A stretch of DNA of 64,000 bases from the IMG/VR virus record IMGVR_UViG_3300033273_000499. The stretch is one strand, 5' to 3'. Shown piece by piece: positions 36,542 through 45,967 of this stretch. A program made the translations under genes and the position numbers. This DNA is from a virus. Position 1 is the stretch's first letter, and every line of letters begins with the position of its first letter. The notes under the pieces were generated by a model. It worked only from the letters and a program-made list of their open reading frames with translations. It searched no databases and was not told where the DNA came from.

Positions 36542-36745
36542 TTAAGTATTTATCTTTTGCATGATAATTTTCAGTGCATCTTTAATTTCACTGATATCAT
36601 CTTTCATTTTATCAAGTTCTTCCTTTTCGGATAACTTTGCATTCTTTGCTTTTAAATAATCATTATACTCTTTATCGTTAGAGTTAATGACTGCATTGGT
36701 CTTCTCATCTCTGAAAAGACCACTATTATCTTTAATTGGTATCAT
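36542..36745 (-). CDS. Small coiled-coil hypothetical protein
   Basis: GLFRDEKTNAVIN...EY..Y...K; heptad-like C-terminus; overlaps the upstream stop. Confidence 0.7.
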   Translation of the reverse strand: MIPIKDNSGLFRDEKTNAVINSNDKEYNDYLKAKNAKLSEKEELDKMKDDISEIKDALKIIMQKINT

Positions 36746-39700
36746 AATACTGCAATCGCTCTGAGGTCTCTAATTTTTGGAACAATTGCTTGATTTGTTC
36801 CAGTCATAATTAGTTTAATCTGGAATCCGTTGAAAATTGGAACATCAGGAGTAGTGAACTCGTAACTAAAGAAGTCTGCCTCAGATGCAGAAGCCAGAAT
36901 CTTTTCATCTGGTTTTCCACTATTTGATTTGGGATCAATAACCACACCATCTTGATTGAGGTTGTCCCATCCTGGGAAGAATTCAAATAATTGTTGAGAT
37001 GCTGGTGAATCTGCTCTGAGAAGTCTATACATCGCAATAATTTCATTTGAACTATCACGGAATGCATCTAGATATACCTTCAGACTTGTAGCACCTTTAT
37101 CTAAACGAATTACCTTAGTTACATAAATTGCAGCATGTGGGTCATCATAGAGACTATTGACTCTTGGATCTGTTCTAACATCCTCAATTGGTTTGTTGAT
37201 TCTATTATTTGTTGTAATAATATTAATTCTGTCCAAATCAACTACTGGAGATACTTTAGTATCAGTAGTACTTAAGTTCAACTCCATTGTGAATGATTTA
37301 TGACCTAAGAAATCAGAAACATTCTCAAGTTCATTGACTCTAGAGCAAATAACTCTTGGAGTATCGAAATAATTATTAGAATTTAGAGAAATTGGTTCAA
37401 ATGGAACGATATTGTATGGAGCTTCATCTCCAGAAACACTAAGACCCGAAACAGTTCTAACTCTTGCATCAATTCCTGTTGTTTCAGGAAGTAGTGTTGT
37501 AAGATTAGGTCTCATGCTTGTGAATTGAATATTCTGAGTTGCTTTTGGACCATTAAGAAGATTAGTTCCAGCAGAAGAAATATTCAAATCATAAGTTCCA
37601 CCAGTCTTCGACTCATTAAAGAATAGTTTAGGTGCACCATTCTTTCTATCTTTTCCAGATACTTGAGTGTCAAGTTTGAGATGATAACTATCAATCGTAA
37701 TTGGATATTTTACAGTATTAGTGTCAGCAAAGTCATGCTCCTTATTGATTCTTCTCAGTGAAACACCATTAAATTCATATTTAAATACTGGAGTTCCGAC
37801 TGGGTGTGAAGAAATAACCAAATCAGAGAAGATTTGATCAGTTGGGACATCAATACCTCTAGTAATGCCAGTAAGTGCAGAAGTTGATGTATTGACACCA
37901 GTGTACTTAATAACTTCTCTATTCATTTTTACATAACCAGGATTATCTGAAGAAACCCCGACATTTTCAAAACTTGTGAATATTCCTACAGAAGAAACGG
38001 AGATATCAGTTGTTGCTGACTGGTTATAGAGAGCAGTGGTCTTCTCTGGTGGAACATCCGATTCAATACCATAAATTCTAACACGGTTAGCATTAGCATA
38101 CATTCCATGGTTGTTGTGATTGACCTTGAAATGTAATCCATCAGATATTGATTCTGAGTAGTTTACAACTCCACCAGTGACTGTGGAAATTCCATTGCTT
38201 GGATTGATGTAAACAATCTCATTATTTGTTCCAGAAGTATCAATATCATCTTGAATTTCATCGATAATTAATGAATTAAATGCAGAGATGATTCCAGCAA
38301 CATTTGGAACAGTCAGGATTAGGTTTCTTCCAAACCCACCAGTTTGGTCAGCATCGACTGTAAGTGCATCACCAACTGCATATGCTGTACCACCAGCAGA
38401 GACTGTTGCTGCAACAGCAATATTATTTTCAATGGTTAGGCTAACTTGAGCACCAGAACCTCTTCCAGAAATTGTTTTCAGAGGTACATTTGTATAAGTT
38501 GCATTAGTAGTAAATCCAGAACCAACATTTGTGAGACTTAGTTCCGAACCAATTCCAATAGCACCAACAACACTGACCAACTTACCAGAGAAATCTGGAT
38601 AATTCTTCTGGAAAACAGTAGTTCCTGGGATTAGATTTGCTGTATCGACAGTATTCAAACTTCCAGCAAGTCCAACTAATGTCTGCTTAGAGTATGCAAC
38701 AATTGGATTGGATCTGAGTGAAGTAATCTGTCTGTTACCAACACCTAGATTTGGATTATAAAGTTTAAAGTTTCCTTGCTGAGAGTTAAATTCTGCTCTG
38801 TAAAGAGTGAACTTAAGGTCTTCCAACTGTGATGGATCCCAAGTAGCACCATTTTGTGATTTAAATAGTGAACCCAGTGATGGTTGCTGAGAAACAATAA
38901 TTTTCTCAGACTCTGGTCTGTTCAGTGTAGAGACATCCTCTTCTGTCATTCTCGAAATCCAGCATTCATAAGAATCGGAGTTAGAGATAATTACAATAGC
39001 ATATGAGTTCTGTGTCTCTAGGAAGACTGGTGCTGGGAAAGTAAACGTTGTTGGTACAGAAGCATCATCAGAAACAGAAATTTGTGAAGGATCTAACGAA
39101 ACTTCAGCAAATGGTAAGATTTCCTGAGTTGGTAATCCCAGAGATACTGTTCTGATTTGAACTGTTACTGGCAATTCACCTTGGTCCTTAGTCTTGAAGA
39201 ACAAATCACACTTGGTCAAGAAAATACCATTAGGATCCTGAACTTCAAAGGTTTGAGCAAGAGGGTCACCCCATCTTCTCTGCTGTCTTGTAGTTACAAG
39301 TCTATTTCTAGTAATAGTATTAGCAACAAGTCTATCTTCAGTCTCGGTTAAAGTACGAGATTCATTTCTAATATTTCTTTCAACTGTTGCATTTCTGATT
39401 CTCAGAGTAACATTCTCTACATTATCAAGTGTTCCACTGGAGTTAAAGTTTCCTTCAGCAATACTTTCACCCGTTCCTCTGATTGGGTCATTATTTTGAT
39501 TAGTAGTTAATACTAAAGTCTTTGTACCAGAAGCAAATTCTGGATTTGATGGAATAGTTGGATCTGGAATGAATAGTGATGCAATTATAGTTCCTGCGTT
39601 ATCAGAGACCAATCTAATGTCTTCTACTTCAGCAACTGCACCACTTGTAGAACCAACTAGTTGCATTCCTTTGACAATAGAACCAAAGAATCTACCATCA

Positions 39701-42700
39701 GACTGAGTTTCTAGACTTGCAGTATCTACATTAAGTACTTTTGTTGTGGATGAATAATCATCAGATAAAGCACTGTTTACATCATATGGATTTACTGTGT
39801 ATGTCTCTTCCGCATCATCATATGGACCAAATTTATGATTCTGTGTTGCTAGTCTGAATGATATTGATGTATTTGAACCAGTTACTGCAACAAATCCAGT
39901 GACTGTTTCTCCAGCTTCAAAGGTTCCACTGGTCATCTTAACTTCAATAAGTTTAGGAACCATGAATCTGGTCATGTCAACATTATCAAAGAATGCATAA
40001 ACCCTTGTATTTGGTTTTAATCTTCTTGCAATGACTTCAATATTTCTAGACCTCATCAAAGTAATGACTGCTCTAGAAACTAATCTATCACCAACGTTGA
40101 ATGTATCAAATCTTTCACTAACACCAAACTGAATTCCTTGTCTGGATTGCTCAGTTGTTCTTGTGAAGGTGTTGTTCTGGAACGCAATGCTTCTATCAGC
40201 AAATGTTCTGGTTGTAGTAGTTCCCCACCAATCATTATCAACAGTTGTTGAAACTAGTTCACTACCAGTTTGGATTTCAGCAATTTGAGGTCCTTCAACT
40301 TCAGTAACACCTGTCCAGTTTGTCTCCCATACATCCCAGTTGATTGGTGATAGACCAGTATTGGAGTCAACACCAAGAGATTCCATCGTAGATGTAAAGT
40401 TTCCTTCAATATCATCCGTTCTTTCTGTTCTTCTGGTTTCAATCCAGGTATCAGTTGCTGGATTCAGTTCAATTGAACCAACCCAACTTGGAGTGTTAAA
40501 TGGGTTTACATTTTCTACTCTTGTAGCAAATTCATTCTTGACGTACTCAACATCATCATAACTGAGCAGTACCAAGTCATTTATTCTTGTTACTGCCTCA
40601 TTTCCAAGGTCATCTGCAAATCTTATGTCAGAATCTGGGTTTGATGTGGTTCCAATACCAACAAGAGCTTCAGAACCTAAAATTAGGTCGAGTGAAGTAG
40701 TGTAATGCTGTGGTCTAAGAACTCCCTTTGCGGTGTCTACACATGCTTTATATTGTGGATTTGCAATATCTCCACCATTATATGACTTGAAGTTATCTAC
40801 AAAGAAACCAGACTTGAATTTATCCAGACCAGTTTTAGGGTCTCGTATTGTCAAGTTCTTAGTATCAGACTCCAGTAGTGACAAAGAACTATAATACTCA
40901 ATGTTAGAAAGTCTACTTTCCAGTCTAGAGATATCTTTCATTGTATATCTCTTATGTGTGGAAAGAGAGAACTTGATATCTTTTACGTTATAAACGTATG
41001 CTGGTAAGAAAATTGTTGCAATTTCAAGTGCAGAATCTAAACCATTAGGCTCTTTTGGTGATAGTGATGAGATTCCCTTGTTAATTACAAAAAGTCCTTC
41101 CTTCGTCAAGAACAGCTTATCAATTCTTGGAAGGTAATAATTGTATGAGATATTTAAAGTTTTATCTTTTGCAAAAACATCAGTTGTTGAGTTAGAACTT
41201 ACAGTAAATGTCCTTGATCCAAATTCAAATGGTGATGCAGTTGCTGTCCCAGGATTAAAAGTAGAAACTCTTGGTCTTAAGTCAATGAGATCAGTAACTC
41301 TCATTCCATCTACAGATGGAATATCTGATGTGTATCTATCAAAATCATAAGAGTCCGCAGATATAAAATCACCAGTATCTGTTGGACTAATTGAATAGTG
41401 ATTGAAGACAATTCTTATCTTTTTATTAGGTGCAGAAAAATCTGCTTTTCTAATAATTCTAGAATAATCATAAAGTTCAGACCTTTGACCATTATCTAGT
41501 AGATAGTTATCTCTGATATTTTTATCACCAATATTAACAGCATTTATTGTACCACTTATATTGGTCTCTTCTGAAGTGATAGTCTCACCTAATGAGAATC
41601 TATTTTCATTTCTATAAACAATTTCAATACTATTGATTCCGTCATTAGTTGCAACAACACCTACAGCACCACTTGTTTCACCAACTACACTTTCACCCTT
41701 AAGGAAGTTGCTGACACTTGAATTTAGATTCTCAAGATAGATTCTGGGCAGGTCTGGATCAGAAGTATCCGATGACTCATAAATTCCGATGATTTCTTGT
41801 ACATCTGGAACATTGAGTGATATTGTTTTATCTTGTACTCTTAGTCCGTAATATGGTGTGTAAGTAAGACCATCATTTTTAGTAGTCTTACCAATTCCAG
41901 AAGCAGTTAGAGATGAACCATTAACAATTACACTTGTTGCTCTTTGGAAAATCTTACTCTTGATTCCTGCTTTTATCTTCTTAAAAGTTACTGTAAGAAT
42001 TGCAGTTCCGTTTGAAGAAAGATTAGTTAAACTAATTGTTCTTCCAGAAACAGACAACTTCTGATTATCCAATGACTCAATTGAACCATCATCCACGTAA
42101 GTTAAGTTGTAATCCTCTTCATCAAATGGTTCTAATGTGTAGTCTAAATCTGTCTCTAATGTAGAAGAGAATGCATTATTTGCTACTGTGATTGTATAAG
42201 ACCTTCTTACAACAATCTGCGAATCAGATAGATCTAAAGATGCAATATTTCGATTCTTTAGTCTAGAATATAGATATGCATTTGATGAGTTTAGAACTTC
42301 CAGTGTAACTCTCTTAAAATCACTAGTCTCAAACTGTGCAGAAGGTAAACTACCATCTGAAATCATAGGAATACTAGTTGTTGCTGCCAAGTCAAGACTA
42401 TTATCATCCTTATTGACTGCAGTAACTTTATTATATGTTGGAAGAGTCCCTTCAGTTTTTCTATATTGAACAATATCACCAGTTTGAATGCCAACAAAGA
42501 AGTTAGGAGAAGAAGATACTACAGTTGATATTCCTGCATTCTCTGCTTTGATAGTAAACTCAGTTCCAGGTTCTGCTATGCTGAATGAATTGGATAGAAC
42601 TGGGTCAGCAGTAAATGTTCCGATTCCAGCAGCAGTATTAATACCAACTAATCTATGAATATCACCGAGTCCGTAATCTTTTACAGACTTAATGATTCTT

Positions 42701-44286
42701 CCATCAACAATTCCATTAATAGAAATTCTTTCATCCTCTTTGAATACTCCAGATACCTGGTAAAGAGTTACTAAATCAGAATCAGTTACATCTTCAACAA
42801 CATAACCACTAGATCCAGTGCTAGTGCCTTCAATAAAAGTAGACGCAGAAAGAGTAATTGATGTGCTGAGTCTCAGTGTTGTATATGTTTGAATATCATA
42901 AAGTGAACACTCATACTGAGTTAGTGTATTTGCAAACCCAGCATTCTTTAATTTTAAATCATATACTCTAGCAACACCAACTTTATCACCAGAAGGATTA
43001 CCTTGTATTGCTGTTATTCCTGAATACAAATCAACTTGTGTTGAAGTATCAAATCCAACAGGCAAAGAACCATAAACATTACGAACGTTTATTTGCCTAC
43101 CAACACTGAATGGTAGAGCATGATTTGTTACCTTTGCAGTTTCTCTTGGTTTATCGAAGTCGATGATGGTACTGTCGATAGTTTCAATATCATATCCACG
43201 TACAACTGCTTTACCTGGTGATACTATAATGCATCCCCTAGAATCACCTGGAATATTACCTTGCTTTGTTTGCTGCCCAGCATTATATACACCATTGTTT
43301 CCAATCTGATTGTTTAGTGACTCTTTGATTGAAAGGGAGAATGGTTTTACATAATAGTCACCAGACTCATCATAAATTCTTCTTGCAATTTCATCCTGAA
43401 TAAGAGCATACTCAGATTCTTCCACAAATCTCTGAGTAGTTCCTTCTTTGATTCTCATCAATTCAATGAAATTTTCATCATTGAAGTCTGTTATTTCTTT
43501 TTTGACGAGAGTTGCTGTTAGCTTTAATCGGTCTGCACCAGGAGCAGAGAAGTTTGAAAATCCTTGTGCATTATCAAATAAGTCATCATATGAGTTTGAT
43601 GCTACTGCTAATTCTTCACTAATAAGCAATCCAATTCTATATGATGGTGAATTCTCATACTGATCGAGAATAACCGTTTGTGGATTTACAGTTACAAAGA
43701 ATCCACGCACAAAATACACACCAGAAGCAATTTTAACAGCAGAACCTGTTGCTACTGAGTTTGAAATGATGGTTGTAGCAAGACTAGATCCTACTCTAAT
43801 TGCAGATGCACCGTAAACAATATCATCTACAGCAATTAAATTCTCACCATCAACAAATGTATTGACAGCAAAATTAGTATCACTTGAACTTTGATACTTA
43901 ATAAAAAGAGTTACATTATCCCTATCAGACTCTATAGCACTAATATATCTTTCTACCTTTGCTGTGACACCACTAGTTTCTCCTCGAATTGTCTTACCGA
44001 TTAAATTATCCAAGTATAGTGATACTGGAATACCCAAGTGAGTTTCGTCAATTTGGACATTGGTATACTCATCATCATAAGAAAGTTGACCAGGAATGAC
44101 CATTGAACCTTCTTTGAAGAAGTGCTGTCCAAATTTTTCAATTTGATTCTGTAAGATTGACTGCAGAGTTGTTAACTCTCTTGCCTGTAAAGGAGTCGCA
44201 GGTTTAAATAATACTTTTTGATAATTTTTAGACGCATCAAAATCATCAAAGTATGGAGATACATTTAGATTAGTATTCTGTGGCAT
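36742..44286 (-). CDS. VrlC-like / DUF4815 giant structural protein
   Basis: MPQNTNLNVSPYFDDFD...YQKVLFKP...QARELTTLQSILQNQIEKFG, APGADRLK, RFKSG-like DKFKSGFFVDNF, ATRVENVNPF, DPLAQTF, EDLKFTLYRA, VPKIRDLRAIA; follows gp8. Confidence 0.85.
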   Translation of the reverse strand: MPQNTNLNVSPYFDDFDASKNYQKVLFKPATPLQARELTTLQSILQNQIEKFGQHFFKEGSMVIPGQLSYDDEYTNVQIDETHLGIPVSLYLDNLIGKTIRGETSGVTAKVERYISAIESDRDNVTLFIKYQSSSDTNFAVNTFVDGENLIAVDDIVYGASAIRVGSSLATTIISNSVATGSAVKIASGVYFVRGFFVTVNPQTVILDQYENSPSYRIGLLISEELAVASNSYDDLFDNAQGFSNFSAPGADRLKLTATLVKKEITDFNDENFIELMRIKEGTTQRFVEESEYALIQDEIARRIYDESGDYYVKPFSLSIKESLNNQIGNNGVYNAGQQTKQGNIPGDSRGCIIVSPGKAVVRGYDIETIDSTIIDFDKPRETAKVTNHALPFSVGRQINVRNVYGSLPVGFDTSTQVDLYSGITAIQGNPSGDKVGVARVYDLKLKNAGFANTLTQYECSLYDIQTYTTLRLSTSITLSASTFIEGTSTGSSGYVVEDVTDSDLVTLYQVSGVFKEDERISINGIVDGRIIKSVKDYGLGDIHRLVGINTAAGIGTFTADPVLSNSFSIAEPGTEFTIKAENAGISTVVSSSPNFFVGIQTGDIVQYRKTEGTLPTYNKVTAVNKDDNSLDLAATTSIPMISDGSLPSAQFETSDFKRVTLEVLNSSNAYLYSRLKNRNIASLDLSDSQIVVRRSYTITVANNAFSSTLETDLDYTLEPFDEEDYNLTYVDDGSIESLDNQKLSVSGRTISLTNLSSNGTAILTVTFKKIKAGIKSKIFQRATSVIVNGSSLTASGIGKTTKNDGLTYTPYYGLRVQDKTISLNVPDVQEIIGIYESSDTSDPDLPRIYLENLNSSVSNFLKGESVVGETSGAVGVVATNDGINSIEIVYRNENRFSLGETITSEETNISGTINAVNIGDKNIRDNYLLDNGQRSELYDYSRIIRKADFSAPNKKIRIVFNHYSISPTDTGDFISADSYDFDRYTSDIPSVDGMRVTDLIDLRPRVSTFNPGTATASPFEFGSRTFTVSSNSTTDVFAKDKTLNISYNYYLPRIDKLFLTKEGLFVINKGISSLSPKEPNGLDSALEIATIFLPAYVYNVKDIKFSLSTHKRYTMKDISRLESRLSNIEYYSSLSLLESDTKNLTIRDPKTGLDKFKSGFFVDNFKSYNGGDIANPQYKACVDTAKGVLRPQHYTTSLDLILGSEALVGIGTTSNPDSDIRFADDLGNEAVTRINDLVLLSYDDVEYVKNEFATRVENVNPFNTPSWVGSIELNPATDTWIETRRTERTDDIEGNFTSTMESLGVDSNTGLSPINWDVWETNWTGVTEVEGPQIAEIQTGSELVSTTVDNDWWGTTTTRTFADRSIAFQNNTFTRTTEQSRQGIQFGVSERFDTFNVGDRLVSRAVITLMRSRNIEVIARRLKPNTRVYAFFDNVDMTRFMVPKLIEVKMTSGTFEAGETVTGFVAVTGSNTSISFRLATQNHKFGPYDDAEETYTVNPYDVNSALSDDYSSTTKVLNVDTASLETQSDGRFFGSIVKGMQLVGSTSGAVAEVEDIRLVSDNAGTIIASLFIPDPTIPSNPEFASGTKTLVLTTNQNNDPIRGTGESIAEGNFNSSGTLDNVENVTLRIRNATVERNIRNESRTLTETEDRLVANTITRNRLVTTRQQRRWGDPLAQTFEVQDPNGIFLTKCDLFFKTKDQGELPVTVQIRTVSLGLPTQEILPFAEVSLDPSQISVSDDASVPTTFTFPAPVFLETQNSYAIVIISNSDSYECWISRMTEEDVSTLNRPESEKIIVSQQPSLGSLFKSQNGATWDPSQLEDLKFTLYRAEFNSQQGNFKLYNPNLGVGNRQITSLRSNPIVAYSKQTLVGLAGSLNTVDTANLIPGTTVFQKNYPDFSGKLVSVVGAIGIGSELSLTNVGSGFTTNATYTNVPLKTISGRGSGAQVSLTIENNIAVAATVSAGGTAYAVGDALTVDADQTGGFGRNLILTVPNVAGIISAFNSLIIDEIQDDIDTSGTNNEIVYINPSNGISTVTGGVVNYSESISDGLHFKVNHNNHGMYANANRVRIYGIESDVPPEKTTALYNQSATTDISVSSVGIFTSFENVGVSSDNPGYVKMNREVIKYTGVNTSTSALTGITRGIDVPTDQIFSDLVISSHPVGTPVFKYEFNGVSLRRINKEHDFADTNTVKYPITIDSYHLKLDTQVSGKDRKNGAPKLFFNESKTGGTYDLNISSAGTNLLNGPKATQNIQFTSMRPNLTTLLPETTGIDARVRTVSGLSVSGDEAPYNIVPFEPISLNSNNYFDTPRVICSRVNELENVSDFLGHKSFTMELNLSTTDTKVSPVVDLDRINIITTNNRINKPIEDVRTDPRVNSLYDDPHAAIYVTKVIRLDKGATSLKVYLDAFRDSSNEIIAMYRLLRADSPASQQLFEFFPGWDNLNQDGVVIDPKSNSGKPDEKILASASEADFFSYEFTTPDVPIFNGFQIKLIMTGTNQAIVPKIRDLRAIAVL

Positions 44287-44292
44287 TTGACT

Positions 44293-45858
44293 TTAGAACT
44301 CCAGTACGATTTTAATATCTTCTTTTTGACTAGACGACCTTGGGATTGCCCTCCTATTGTCAATATAGATTATGTCACCAGACTTTTTGTTGTATTCAGC
44401 AGATGAAATACCAGAAACAAAGCTGCTTCCCAACTGATAAGTCCTACTATTTATTACGGTGCTCAGACCAGTAAATTGAGTATCAATAGAAAGAGTTGGA
44501 CCAACAATTTTTGGACATTCAATAGTATGTGAACCACCTGTAGTTGGTGTAGATGTAAAACTATTGAGTTTATATCCAACACCTTCTGTTGCTAATCCAA
44601 CAGGTTGATAATACTTCAGAACACCAGTTGTATTATCCCAAGCAGCAACAAATCCAATTGCAGTAACACCTGCTCCAATTGTCTGTGTGATAATTGAGTC
44701 AACAGGATAAGTTGTCTGTGTAGTAACACCAGATAACTTGAGTGAGTTCAGTGCACTAACTTCACCTGTACTAAGTTTTTCTGTTTCACTTCCAAATACA
44801 GTTGGGTCTTTGATAATACCAACTCTAGCAAAATCGTTTCCTAGAATAATATCTGGGTTTGTTTCGTCTGTAATATAACGTGAGTAAACAAGAACTCTAT
44901 ATGCACCTAGTTCTCTGTAGATATTGTGACCATGCCCTCCCTTTGGAGGAATGATTACATCAAACTGAGCAATTTCACGGTCATTCGATAGGTCTGCTGG
45001 AATACCAGGTGCTCCTGGTTCAAATTTAATAATTCCTTTAGTATATCCTGACCCACCATCAGTAACAAATACTTCAGAAACCTTACCAAAAGAGTCTACA
45101 GTGATGGTTGCCTTTCCACCTTCACCATCTCCTAGAATAGGAATATTAGTAAATGACTTTGAAATTGGTTGATATCCAATTCCTCTATCAGTAATTGTTA
45201 TAATTTCTACCTTTCCGTCAATGGCATTATTTTTTGTCGAGATTGACTCACCAGTTTCTCCCCACTTATTAGGAACTGGAATAAACTCAATTGAATCAAA
45301 CTTTACAATCTCAGATGGTTTGATTGTAAACAAATACTTCCAGATGTAACCATCACCACTAGTACCTGCTGGTCTTGGTTCTAAGTCAATGAATGATGGT
45401 TGGTCAAAGGATGGTCTACCTTTGGGGTTTTCTGGGTCTGTTCCGTTTTGAAGACATAGATATACTCTAAAATCTTCATTGATAACATAAAAATTCGAGT
45501 TATAAAGACTTGGTTGATTTGTTACTGGAGTCTTATTATAAATCGTATAATCATGACGATACATCTCGTATGTAGTTCCTGAAGTCCAGGATACTTTACG
45601 AATCATTCTTCTCACATCTTCCGATGTGATTTTCTTCATGGCAATAATTGTTTCTTTGACTGAATCTTCTTCTTCAAATCCATCAACTGGTGACAACCCA
45701 TCTCCCCAACTAGCAGATCCTCCTGCTAACGGGTTAAGACTATTTGGTTGACCAATGAAGGTATAATAAGTATTTGCAGTATTGCCAACAGCAACCAAAC
45801 TTTCCACGAAAGTTTCCGCATTCATCACCCTGAATTGTTCAGTTATAATAGCAGGCAT
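44293..45858 (-). CDS. gp8: Baseplate wedge subunit gp8
   Basis: MPAIITEQFRVMNAETFV, IIAMKKIT..DVRR.IRK..WTSGTTYEMYRHDY, DGYIWKYLFTIKP, GDIIYIDNR...RS..QKEDIKIVLEF. Confidence 0.9.
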   Translation of the reverse strand: MPAIITEQFRVMNAETFVESLVAVGNTANTYYTFIGQPNSLNPLAGGSASWGDGLSPVDGFEEEDSVKETIIAMKKITSEDVRRMIRKVSWTSGTTYEMYRHDYTIYNKTPVTNQPSLYNSNFYVINEDFRVYLCLQNGTDPENPKGRPSFDQPSFIDLEPRPAGTSGDGYIWKYLFTIKPSEIVKFDSIEFIPVPNKWGETGESISTKNNAIDGKVEIITITDRGIGYQPISKSFTNIPILGDGEGGKATITVDSFGKVSEVFVTDGGSGYTKGIIKFEPGAPGIPADLSNDREIAQFDVIIPPKGGHGHNIYRELGAYRVLVYSRYITDETNPDIILGNDFARVGIIKDPTVFGSETEKLSTGEVSALNSLKLSGVTTQTTYPVDSIITQTIGAGVTAIGFVAAWDNTTGVLKYYQPVGLATEGVGYKLNSFTSTPTTGGSHTIECPKIVGPTLSIDTQFTGLSTVINSRTYQLGSSFVSGISSAEYNKKSGDIIYIDNRRAIPRSSSQKEDIKIVLEF

Positions 45859-45885
45859 TGTTTTCTAAAACGACCATTTTTCTTT

Positions 45886-45892
45886 TATTTAG
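45886..45892 (-). promoter_or_regulatory. Late promoter variant CTAAATA for gp8
   Basis: Plus-strand tatttag, 28 nt upstream of the gp8 ATG. Confidence 0.5.
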
Positions 45893-45934
45893 GTCTTAAT
45901 AATATAGATCTAATGCTTCAAACTCCACAGAGTC

Positions 45935-45963
45935 ATTATACAAATTTAGAGAGGTTGAGTCAA
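45935..45963 (-). promoter_or_regulatory. Near-consensus sigma70 promoter TTGACT-N17-TATAAT
   Basis: Minus strand TTGACT caacctctctaaatttg TATAAT in the intergenic region upstream of gp8. Confidence 0.7.
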
Positions 45964-45967
45964 GACC

